Assembly (NCBI GenBank): GCA_963776275.1
Contig: CAVZMI010000026.1
Coordinates: 1-64,000, forward strand
Length of the DNA: 64,000 nt
Direction of reading: 5' to 3'
Source: Ignavibacteriota bacterium
GTDB lineage: Bacteria; Bacteroidota; Ignavibacteria; UBA10030; CAVZMI01
Every line of letters begins with the position of its first letter. Within the stretch, counting starts at the first letter, position 1. This document shows, one piece after another, positions 54,395 to 64,000 of this stretch. The notes below the pieces were generated by a model. It worked only from the letters and a program-made list of their open reading frames with translations, was not told the DNA's origin and searched no databases. Made by a program: the position numbers and the translations under genes.

Positions 54395-54400
54395 ACAACC

Positions 54401-55277
54401 TCACGATACAATGTCTTTTCGAGCGAAAATGCCCCATGCACACGCCGTGAAACCGATTGAGAAACCGCAGAGTGCCAGCGAATAACGTGCCACTTCGCTA
54501 AACGAAATCGGGTCGTCAAACGCTTTCGTCCAGACATCAAAATACGAGGTAAAGAGATAAGGTTCCATGGCTTTAAAGAACGAGACCGGTACTTTACCGA
54601 TGGCAAATAACCCGAAGATCACCGCCATCGTGCCGATAATGGGGCCCAATAGCATTTTCGACAAGTGCTGAAAACATCATAGCAAGCGATGCAACCGTCC
54701 ACATCGCTATCGTTGCAAGAACAAATGCAATGATGAATCGCCACCATGCCTGACTGGCCGGGAGAATCAGAATTCCTCTTGCGATTTGAGAAAATGGCTC
54801 TCCGGAACTATAAGGATTTGCATTCAGGACTAAAAATGCACCTGAACCGAATAGAAATAATCCCAGAACTACGCTAAGGATACCAAGGAAAAACACCAGA
54901 GTCCATGTATAAAAGAGCGTCGCGACATATTTTGAAAGAAAGATTCTCGTTCTGGAGACAGGACGAATGAGGAGAATTCGAAACGTTCCCGCCGTAGCTT
55001 CACCGGCAAGAATGTCTCCCGCGACCAGACTGATAAGGAACGGCACATGAAACCATAAGATGTTCATCATGAGATGCGTAACAAACCATCCGTTGAAGAG
55101 ATTTCCGACGAAGAAGAAATCCCGCTGCAGACCCATTGTTAACCGCTGCATGAATATATCGCCTTCAAGTTTCATAGCAACCTGCATCAGCGGAACGAGA
55201 ATCCCAATCGCCAGGAATCCGATGTATGTTCTCCACTTCCGGTATGTTTTGTATATTTCGTTATAAAACAATTTCAT
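54401..55277 (-). CDS. ABC-2 type transporter permease (frameshift at ~54640)
   Basis: Multiple TM segments; AGEATAGTFRILLIRPVSR; C-terminus FARKDIVS in the second frame. Confidence 0.85.
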
Positions 55278-55297
55278 TATTAATCACTAGTATAATG

Positions 55298-55376
55298 AGC
55301 CAGGTTGCCGAGCTCGCGGTGAGCTCGTCGAACCGTAGTCCCGCCCTAATTCTTGGGCGGGGCGTATCGAGGCAAT
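55298..55376. repeat. Dispersed copy of the GIY-YIG-associated REP with nested palindromes
   Basis: agccaggttgccgag...tcgaggcaa. Shares ctcgcggtgagct(c/t)gtcgaaccg with the unit at ~29113. Confidence 0.75.
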
Positions 55377-55407
55377 GTCTTAAATATTTCGTTATAGAAA
55401 AGTCTCA

Positions 55408-56310
55408 TCATCCTGTAATCGAGAGAAAATATTCTTCGAGCGAGCGCCGCGGCGTGACCGCGGATATCTGGAATCCGGCATTGACGAGCATTGACACCAT
55501 TCGCGGAACTTCGGTCGCCGAAACCTGTACAACCAATCCTGTTTCATCCATATCGACTTTCTGAATCCAGGAAAGCGACGTTAAAAACTGAACGGCATTT
55601 TCCTGAGGAGCGAGTGTGAGATGAATCCAATTTTCACCGCCATTTAGAAGGTCGGCAACATTCCCCTGAACCACCAATTTACCTTTATTAATAATTGCCA
55701 TCCGCGTCGCTACCAATTCGACTTCATGCAGAAGGTGCGACGAGAGAAAGACGGTAATATTGCGCTCGCGCGAGAGATGAAGAATAAGATCGCGGACTTC
55801 TTTCATACCCTGAGGATCCAGGCCTGTTGTCGGTTCGTCGAGAATCACCAGTTCGGGATCGGTCAGGAGCGCCTGGGCTATCCCCAACCGCTGTTTCATT
55901 CCGTGCGAATATGTTTTTACCTTGTCGCCGGCACGGTCAAAGAGTCCGACGGCTTCAAGCACCTCATTTATTTTCTTTTTACCGATTCCTCCGACCAGAT
56001 CGCCGATCATTTCGAGGTTCCTAAACGCAGTCAGATAGAGGTAGAAGTCGGCTTCTTCTACCAAACCGCCGACTGGCGCCAGTGCCCGCCTCCGGTTGTG
56101 TGCAAGTGAATATCCGAAGAGCTCTATATCTCCTGTCGTAGGTCGGAGAAGTGAAAGAAGCATACGTATGGTCGTGCTCTTCCCCGCACCGTTGGGACCG
56201 AGAAATCCAAAGATGTCACCGCGATGGATCTCGAGATTCAGATCGGTGACCGCCCATCGTGTTTTGTACCGTTTGCCGAGAGCATGTGTTCGGAGAATTG
56301 TCTCTGCCAT
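55408..56310 (-). CDS. ABC transporter ATP-binding protein
   Basis: GPNGAGKST, YSHGMKQRLG, ILDEPT, SSH. Confidence 0.95.
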   Translation of the reverse strand: MAETILRTHALGKRYKTRWAVTDLNLEIHRGDIFGFLGPNGAGKSTTIRMLLSLLRPTTGDIELFGYSLAHNRRRALAPVGGLVEEADFYLYLTAFRNLEMIGDLVGGIGKKKINEVLEAVGLFDRAGDKVKTYSHGMKQRLGIAQALLTDPELVILDEPTTGLDPQGMKEVRDLILHLSRERNITVFLSSHLLHEVELVATRMAIINKGKLVVQGNVADLLNGGENWIHLTLAPQENAVQFLTSLSWIQKVDMDETGLVVQVSATEVPRMVSMLVNAGFQISAVTPRRSLEEYFLSITG

Positions 56311-56418
56311 GAGGTTAATGTATTTGTAAAAAACCAGAGTTGCAACGGTTGATTCTCAAATACGATTCCTGTATATTCATCACAATCAACGGTCTCACTA
56401 CACTCGAATCGTATCTGA

Positions 56419-58066
56419 ATGAGCTGGCTTGATTTTCGTGATATTCCCACGACAATTGGAAATCTCTCCAACCTGTACATCGATTTTCTTTCCGCCTATG
56501 AGAATGTGAAACAGTACTATGCCGGTGATTTCCGAAATCCGGAAGACTGGAAAGCCGTGATTGATATGGTCGGCCGGAAAAATCGAAACCGATCGACTCT
56601 CTTCCGGGTATTAATCGAACAAAACAAGAATTTCCATTGCAGCGTCAAAACCCTCGCGAACATTGACCTTCTCCATAACGATAATACCTTCGCCGTCGTC
56701 ACCGGGCAACAGGTGGGAATTCTGGGCGGTCACTTTATACACTGTCTATAAAATTCTTACCGCCCTAAAACTCACGGAGATATTGAAGGATCGTTATACC
56801 GAATACAATTTCGTTCCCGTCTTCTGGCTTGAAAGTGAAGATCATGATTTCGAAGAGATGAACTCAGTCACCGTGATCAACCAGGACAATTCACCGGTCC
56901 GGTTATCGTATTTAATCGGGGGAAAACCGCTTGAAAAGAATCCTGGCCCCGTCGGCAGTATTAGATTCGATGAACACTTACAGGAATTATTTACTTCACT
57001 AGATGCCGCATTGCTGACAACCGAGTTTAAACCAAAGCTTCTCGAAACACTGCACCATTCGTATCACCTTGGTGCAACCTTTACACAAAGCTTTGTCAGC
57101 TGGATTAACAAGCTGTTTGAAGATTCCGGTCTGGTTTTTTGCGATATCAATGACCGCGAGTTCAAACAGCTCCTGACACCGGTGTTTCTCCATGAATGCG
57201 AACACCGGTCTGAAATTTCACAGCGTATCATCACGCTGAGTGCAGAACTCGAACAACGATATCACGCTCAGGTAAAGCCGAAGGCTATCAATCTTTTCAT
57301 GTTTCATAAGGGGGGACGATATCTCATCGAGCCCCGTGAGCAGGAAGAGGATTTCAGTCTGAAAGGAACACGACATTACCTCTCATCCGCAGAGCTCGCA
57401 TTGGCAATACAGAGTACACCTGAATTGTTCAGCCCCAATGTCATTCTGCGGCCAATTTGTCAGGATACAATTTTGCCGACCGCTGTTTATATCGGGGGTC
57501 CGGGCGAGATTTCATATTTTGCACAGTTGAAACCGATATACGAGCTTTTCAATGTTCCGATGCCGATTATCTACCCACGCGCCAGTGTTACGATCCTTGA
57601 GGAGCGACTAGAGAAAATCATTCAAAAGCACCAGCTCGAAGTGACCGACTTCTTCGGTGATATCGATCTCCTCATCCGGCGAATATCCGATCAGATCTCG
57701 GAAGTGAAGGTCGATACAATTTTTTCAGCGTCGCAACAACGAATCATCGAGGTACTTACAGAGCTTCAATTCGGACTCACACAAGTTGACCCCACACTCC
57801 TTGGCGCACTCGAACATACAAAACAAAAAATCTCATCGACACTCGACCAGCTCAAGAGCCGTGCGTCTATAGCCCAGCAGAAGAAGAATGAAATCACCCT
57901 CAATCAAATCGAGAAGGTTGCGCGTCATCTGTCACCCAACGGTAATTTTCAGGAGCGTGAGATCAGCATCGTATATTTTATAAACAAATATGGAATGGAA
58001 TTTACGCGCTGGCTGATGGATGAGGTCAAGATCGACCGGTTCGAACACCAAATTTTGCATCTCTGA
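56419..58066 (+). CDS. bshC: Bacillithiol biosynthesis protein BshC (frameshift at ~56730)
   Basis: VVTGQQVG..GG, LYTVYK, PVFWLESEDHDFEE, FSPNVILRP, GGPGEISYFAQ, QER. Confidence 0.9.
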
Positions 58067-58085
58067 AAAAAGCCCAGGATACTTC

Positions 58086-58176
58086 TGATTTATGATTGAT
58101 GATTTATGATTGATGATTTATGATTGATGATTTATGATTGATGATTGATGATTTATGATTTATGATTGATGATTGA
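58086..58176. repeat. Heptamer tandem repeat, TGATT(T/G)A x13
   Basis: Counted directly from the sequence. Confidence 0.95.
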
Positions 58177-58257
58177 AAATAGCATTTCATTTTATCAATT
58201 ATTCATGATTGATAACAAAATTATTTCCAAAGGATATGATCTGAAAAAGGAGGATTT

Positions 58258-59269
58258 ATGAGAATCTTATCGCTCTTTCAAATACAAATTCTTGCCCTCG
58301 GTCTCTGTTTCATACCCATGGCACCTTAGCGCACAATCAACTGCATCTGAACAACTGATCTCGACATTTTCAATCGTTGCAGTCGACACAACTGCTGGTG
58401 AACTGGGCGTAGCGGTTGCATCGAGATTCTTTGCCGTCGGCAGCGTTGTTCCATGGGCAAAAGCAGATGTCGGTGCGGTCGCAACACAATCGTTTGCCAA
58501 CACGAGTTTCGGCTGGCGCGGACTGGAGCTCCTCGAAAAAGGATTAGTACCCGAAGAGGCATTGAAAATTCTTCTTCAGAGCGATGATCAGCCGGACAAC
58601 CGTCAGGTCGGCATCGTTGCTGCGAACGGTGCTTCGGTGACATACACGGGAAAAGGATGTCTTTCTTGGGCTGGCGGACGTTCCGGGCCGGGATATGCAT
58701 GCCAGGGGAATATTCTGACAAGCGAATCTGTGGTTATCGCAATGGAAAAAACATTCCTTGAGACAAAAGGGACATTAGCCGACAGGCTGTATGCCGCCCT
58801 TGTCGCCGGTGATTCAAAAGGGGGCGATTCACGAGGTAGGCAATCAGCTGCAATGCTTGTAGTAAAGAAGGGAACCGGCTACGGCGGTTATACCGACCGG
58901 GCAATCGACATACGGGTGGACGATCATCCCAATCCATTCATAGAGTTGGGACGTTTATTGAATTATGCACAGATGAACTATGCATGGAACGAAGGATGGA
59001 CGGCTTTTACGCAAAAGAAATATGCCGAAGCTCTTCGCCTTCAGGAACATGCGGCCCAACTTGCACCTGAGAATCCGGAATTACTATACGATCTTGCTGT
59101 CATCCGTCTTGCCGCAGGTAAAAAGGCAGAAGCGCTCGTCGCACTCGCAAAAGCTCTTAAAAAGAACCCAAAATTGAAGAAACAAGCCTCGAGCGATAAA
59201 GACCTGAAAGAGTTACAATCGAGTGAAGAATTTCGGAAATTGGTTAGCGAACAAAAGAAGAAAAAATAG
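58258..59269 (+). CDS. DUF1028 (Ntn-hydrolase-like) protein with C-terminal TPR (frameshift in the signal peptide at ~58321)
   Basis: RBS AGGAGG and ATG at 58258; TFSIVAVD...GVAVASRFFAVG, GGDSRGRQSAA, DIRVDDH. Confidence 0.85.
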
Positions 59270-59467
59270 GAAACTTAACAAAATAGGACAGTTAGAGCTA
59301 TTCGAACGATGCTATCTAGCATTTCAATGGCTTTTATTTTCTGGTCAATTCATTTATGTACAACCGCCATCATAGACTTTACTAAGACCAAGTAGTGGTG
59401 GACCACATGATACAAGATAAATGGGAGCTGAACAACTGATTTCTTCTCCCAATTTCTCTTTTTTATC

Positions 59468-59495
59468 TTGACAAGAGCCTAAAAAATATTAAATT
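59468..59495 (+). promoter_or_regulatory. sigma70-type promoter upstream of the gdh leader
   Basis: TTGACA-N16-TAAATT. Confidence 0.55.
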
Positions 59496-59946
59496 AGGTT
59501 ATATTGAAATTGGGATAGAGACCGTGCAGTTGAGGACTGCATTGTGGCTCATGGTTGTCAAAACATGGATACACAAGCGGACTAAAAAGCCATGTGAGGT
59601 TGCCCTTCCGGTGAAAAAACCGATATTCAACCTCCTACTGTTACTCTATCTATTGATGACGTTAAGATCTTAGATCAGGTTCTATACCGGTTGCCGTCGG
59701 TAGCATTTTACACTACTGTATGGTTCCGGAAAGAAGTGACCGCTCACCTTTTGCTATCGATTCTTTTTGTGAGAATATGATTATTGGTCAGAGGGTATAA
59801 TCTGATACCCAATAGGAATGAGTTCCATACTGATTTATTTAATACAGAGAGTCGACAACAGGGGAAAAAAACAAGAATATTATTTTTGGATTCACACTTA
59901 ATCTATCAAATCAATCCAACGATCAAACAAGGAGGAAAAAATCACT

Positions 59947-61236
59947 ATGGCAAAAGCTTCGAAGGAGAGTAAGAAACTGGCAGTACCGGTCGAGACAACA
60001 AATCCTTTTGAAATCGCTCAGTTACAGATCGATAAGGCTGCGAAAGTCCTGAAACTGGAACCGGCAGTTCATGCCATGCTGCGAGAACCAATGCGTGAAC
60101 TCCATATCACCATTCCGGTGAAAATGGATTCGGGCCAAATAAGAATTTTCAAGGGATTTCGGGTTCAGTACAACGATGCCCTCGGGCCTACAAAAGGCGG
60201 AATCCGTTTCCATCCCGACGAGACTATCGACACAGTAAAGGCACTTGCATCATGGATGACATGGAAGTGCGCAATTGTGAGTCTTCCATACGGCGGCGGA
60301 AAAGGCGGCGTGATCTGCAACCCGAAAGAAATGTCAAATGACGAGCTCGAAAGACTTTCACGCCAGTATATTAGATGCATCGCACAAATTGTCGGACCGG
60401 AAAAAGATATTCCGGCTCCCGATGTGTACACAACACCGCAAATTATGGCATGGATGATGGACGAGTTCTCCAAGATCCGTCAGTACAATAATCCTGCATT
60501 TATCACAGGTAAACCGATTATCCTCGGCGGGTCTCTCGGACGAGACGAAGCGACCGCAAAAGGCGGAATGTTCGTACTGAAAGAAGCAGCCGAAGTTATA
60601 GGCCTGAAACTTCGCGGCGCAACTGTCGCGATCCAGGGCTTCGGTAATGCCGGACAATTCGCGCACAAATTGGCGGACGAAATGTTCGATGCAAAAATCA
60701 TCGCCGTCAGTGACACAAAAGGCGGCATCCACTCGAAAGAGAGAATCGATTTTAAAGAACTCTTCGACCATAAACAACGGACAGGATCGGTTGTCGGTTT
60801 CCCAAGAACAACCAGAATCACCAACGAAGAACTTCTTGAGCTCAAAGTCGATGTGCTGATACCGGCAGCCCTCGAAGACGTTATTACCTCAGAGAATGCC
60901 CCACGCGTGAAGGCGAAAATTATCGTCGAACTGGCAAACGGTCCGACAACACCCGATGCCGACGAAATCCTGCACAAACGTAATGTCTTTGTGATCCCGG
61001 ACTTCCTTGCCAACGCCGGCGGCGTAACAGTCTCGTATTTTGAATGGTGTCAGAACCTGTCAGGCTTCTACTGGACACTGGAATATGTCCATGACCAGCT
61101 GAAGAGAAGAATAACAAAAGCCTTCCACGACATGAACAGAATCCATAATGAAAACAAGATCGATCCGAGAACGGCAGCCTACGTCGTGTCGATTCAGCGT
61201 GTCGCAGAAGCAATGAAGCTCAGAGGGTGGGTATAA
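59947..61236 (+). CDS. gdhA: Glu/Leu/Phe/Val dehydrogenase (glutamate dehydrogenase)
   Basis: GPTKGGIRFHP, GGGKGG, IPAPDV, QGFGNAG, ELANGP, NAGGVTVSYFEW. Confidence 0.93.
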   Translation: MAKASKESKKLAVPVETTNPFEIAQLQIDKAAKVLKLEPAVHAMLREPMRELHITIPVKMDSGQIRIFKGFRVQYNDALGPTKGGIRFHPDETIDTVKALASWMTWKCAIVSLPYGGGKGGVICNPKEMSNDELERLSRQYIRCIAQIVGPEKDIPAPDVYTTPQIMAWMMDEFSKIRQYNNPAFITGKPIILGGSLGRDEATAKGGMFVLKEAAEVIGLKLRGATVAIQGFGNAGQFAHKLADEMFDAKIIAVSDTKGGIHSKERIDFKELFDHKQRTGSVVGFPRTTRITNEELLELKVDVLIPAALEDVITSENAPRVKAKIIVELANGPTTPDADEILHKRNVFVIPDFLANAGGVTVSYFEWCQNLSGFYWTLEYVHDQLKRRITKAFHDMNRIHNENKIDPRTAAYVVSIQRVAEAMKLRGWV

Positions 61237-61259
61237 TAGCACTTTAGAATCAGAAAAAT

Positions 61260-61302
61260 AAAAGTCTTCAATTCCATAATGGAGTTGAAGACTTTTTGTT
61301 TT
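61260..61302. terminator. Rho-independent (likely bidirectional) terminator
   Basis: aaagtcttcaattcca-taa-tggagttgaagacttt followed by a T tract, between convergent genes. Confidence 0.8.
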
Positions 61303-61406
61303 TAGAAAAACCCTAAATGCATAAAAGCTTTACTAATCTCTCCCCGCCTCACTCCTTAAAAAGGAGGGGATGCTGTAGGATACAAATAAAAATTATGATA
61401 TTGATC

Positions 61407-61613
61407 TCAACTCTGGTTTTCTGTCGTCGGCTTTTCCGGGATAATCCACATGGCGATGAGGTATCCGATAATACCCGGAATTATACCCGTGAAGAAAATA
61501 AAGATCAGCATAAAAAGGCGAACGATCGTCGGGTCAAAGTCCAGATACTCACCGAGTCCGCCGCATATGCCGCCGAATTTCTTTTCGGTTCTCGAGCGAT
61601 ACAACCGCTTCAT
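61407..61613 (-). CDS. PspC domain protein
   Basis: LYRSRTEKKFGGICGGLGEYLDFDPTIVRL...YLIAMWIIP. Confidence 0.9.
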   Translation of the reverse strand: MKRLYRSRTEKKFGGICGGLGEYLDFDPTIVRLFMLIFIFFTGIIPGIIGYLIAMWIIPEKPTTENQS

Positions 61614-61683
61614 AACATTCTCCTTTCAAAGTATGTCCTTCTTTTCAGCATACGAAGAAATGCGTGAAATTGTTCCATTGGTA

Positions 61684-62152
61684 TTACCGGCTTACCGTCT
61701 CAAGGACTTCCCAGAATGTCGGGAAAGATATGCTGGCAAAGTGGCTCCGTTCTATTGTGGTCTCACCCTGTGCGACGAGAGCGGCAATTGCAAATGCCAT
61801 AGCGATACGATGGTCGGCGTAACTATCCAGTTGCGCCCCTTTCAATACAGGAACACCCCCAAAGGCAAAACCGTCATCATAGACTTCGACATCAACACCC
61901 ATCTGGAGCAGATTATTCGCTACAGCCGCGATTCGATCACACTCTTTGTTTCGAAGCTCACGAGCTTCACGCACTTCGAATGTTCCCCGGCTCACCGCAG
62001 CAGCAACTGCAAGAATCGGAATTTCATCGATGATATTTGGAATAATTGACCCGGAAAGTCTCACATTATGCAGTGCGGACGTGCAAGCAAGAATATCGCC
62101 CATCGGTTCTCCGCTCACCTCCCGTTCATTTTCAATTGTGATTCGTGCCCCA
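61684..62152 (-). CDS. aroA: EPSP synthase, C-terminal third (5' part missing at a junction)
   Basis: GEPMGDI, IPNIIDEIP, ELRNKECDRI, DHRIAMAF, SFPTFW. Confidence 0.85.
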
Positions 62153-62505
62153 GTTTTGACATGTGAAAGGTCAACATTGCCTGACTTCAGGTAGAGTCTG
62201 ATGAGTTGCAGTCCTACCGTGTCTGTGCATACTATCGGCGTAACGTTTGCGCCTAGTTCAATCAGTGCAGAGGCTGTGTTAATGGCGTTTCCGCCCCGAA
62301 GCTCGGCCTGTTTCAAGCCGTCAATGCTGCCGCCCTTTCTCTGAGCCACGTTTTCGAGTTTTTCCGAAAAAGTCTTCGTATTCCAGTTTAGGCATAGTAT
62401 TCGGTCGAGAAAGAAGTCAGGCATGACTACCACGCTAGTCTTTCCATTTTCACTTTTCAGAAAGCTGTCCAGTTCGTTGAGAAAATCCTCTGGCAACGTT
62501 CGCAC
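62153..62505 (-). CDS. Archaeal PfkB-family carbohydrate kinase, N-terminal fragment
   Basis: VVVMPDFFLDR...RGGNAINTASALIELGA...VDLSHVK. Confidence 0.65.
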
Positions 62506-62604
62506 CTAAAGCACAGTGGTTGCTTAGCTCAGATAACTCTTTTTCACAGACCATTTTAGCACGTTAGGGCAGGCGCATTCAGATTGGTTCAGTTCCTTTC
62601 GGTC

Positions 62605-63413
62605 TCATCGAAGCAGGAACCGAACACAAATCCAGACGATGTCTCCAAACAACAAGGCTATGATAAGTCCACTGTGACGAAGATAAGCATGGGAAGTCCG
62701 GGGCTTGCCCAAATCCTGTCCTGTATGGCTCCAGCTTGGACGGCCTTGTCGAGTCTTTCAACTGTGGCAGTTCTGCCTTCGTCTCGGGGCACGATAATAA
62801 GCTTTCTTTTGACTCCTCTCTCAGCGTTTTCTTCTATGTCTTCAAGGGGGTACACGTGCCATTTTTCTTTCAGCTTGTCTATCGGAACCTTGTAGCCAGT
62901 TATCAAAACCAGAATCTTCTTTCCCAGAGACTCGTTCTTGTGGTCTCCTTCAAAGAGTCTATTTCCCGTTCTTAGACGCCAAAATATGTTGTACAGAAAA
63001 ATGATGACTGCGGTGAAGGCTGCAAGCAAGACGGCGTTGCTGAAAATGGTTACTGGAAAAAAGATCTGCGAGATTGGCGAAGTTTCCAGATGCGGAAGTT
63101 TTGGCAAGTTCGCAGGGGCGAATGGTATGGCAAGTGCCAAGCACATTAGAGCTTTTGAGTCTGCGCCTCCGAATCCGCCTGTATAGAATAGGACTATGGC
63201 GAAGGCTGTGGTCAAGCCGAAACATAAACCATATGAGAAGAGTTGTGAAGGTTCGAAAAGGAGCAGTTGCATGAGGGTCAGCGCGAAAGCGGGCGGTGCG
63301 AACAGTATCCAGACGCTGTTGCTTACTTCTCGAGCTTTATAGTCGCTCCAAGATGCGTAAAAAAGAAATGTTAGGGCCAGTGCAGCCCTTGAAGCCTCTA
63401 ATAAACCTTGCAT
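62605..63413 (-). CDS. Archaeal A24 prepilin/prearchaellin peptidase (FlaK/PibD-like; frameshift at ~62670)
   Basis: SWSDYKAREV, GGFGGADSK, WASPGLPMLIF. The shifted frame continues GLIIALLFGDIVW. Confidence 0.85.
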
Positions 63414-63564
63414 TTGACCACCGCTAATGCTAAGTTCGTCTGACTTTGTATTTAATGATTAATTGTCATTGAAACATTTTTGGCTTTCTTTTGCAGCCTT
63501 AGCAATGGAGTCATCAGAAAAAGCCAGGTTTTATTTGTGCCTATTGGAAGTTGCCAGGAATGGC

Positions 63565-64000
63565 TTACGATACTTTAATGTTGAACTCTAATGGTGCGCC
63601 AACTTTTGGGGCGACCTAAAGTAGTATGTTGTTCCATTTGTCCATGTATATGTGATTGTTATCTGGATGGCTCCTCCATTGGCTGCAACAACGCCATTTG
63701 TGGGGTTCATACTTGCAATCGTTGCATTTGTAAGGTTTGCTGCGGAAGTACCAACGTATACGGCGTCTATTGTCGCATCTGAGGTTTCCAGTGTTTCTCA
63801 CGTAGACTACTATTGTCGTGTTAGTAGGCCATGAGACGGCGTCTTTGCTGAGGAGTACGCCTGCTTGACTTGTTGCGCTGCCCATGTACGTCATTATCCA
63901 GGCGTACGTTACCACTATTGCTGCAACAGCGATTACTATCAACAATAGCGTGGCGAGTATTGGAGATATGGCCTTTCGTGCTTTTCTAATATTCTTGGTC
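63565..64000 (-). CDS. Archaeal type IV pilin (5' partial, two frameshifts)
   Basis: Class III signal peptide RKARKA/ISPILATLLLIVIAVAA; VYVRNTG; TTYYF. Confidence 0.85.

Noticed and set aside
61684-62505. Novel PfkB-AroA fusion enzyme
   Set aside because: Both halves are incomplete and come from different domains of life; a chimeric junction explains it best.

Overview
The ~1-62 kb core is DNA from an FCB-group bacterium, probably Ignavibacteria-like. Support: T9SS/FlgD-type QNFPNPFNP C-termini, sigma70-type -35/-10 promoters and bshC. Housekeeping blocks (NfnAB, LOG, SDR, msrC; secG-rib-dxs-xseAB-ABC-bshC-gdh) flank a ~36 kb accessory island (8.8-44.6 kb, all minus strand) lying 3' of a tRNA-Lys(CTT). 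The island encodes six exported caspase-like (C14) proteins, one with catalytic Cys>Ser, plus two caspase remnants. It also encodes two giant FG-GAP/FN3 surface proteins, LPP20/FlgO/DUF4384 lipoproteins, a transglutaminase-like protein, and an FGE/C-type-lectin-fold gene plus a decayed paralog whose 3' ends look like DGR variable regions. No RT or template repeat is in the window. A duplicated promoter+leader precedes two island blocks, and a REP-flanked GIY-YIG gene is inserted in the island. Single-base frameshifts hit about a dozen genes, including housekeeping ones. Both ends look chimeric: tadA is truncated at ~970, and aroA switches to archaeal, Bathyarchaeia-like genes at ~62,150. Both features point to an error-prone long-read assembly. 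All calls are from motif recognition by eye; no searches were run.
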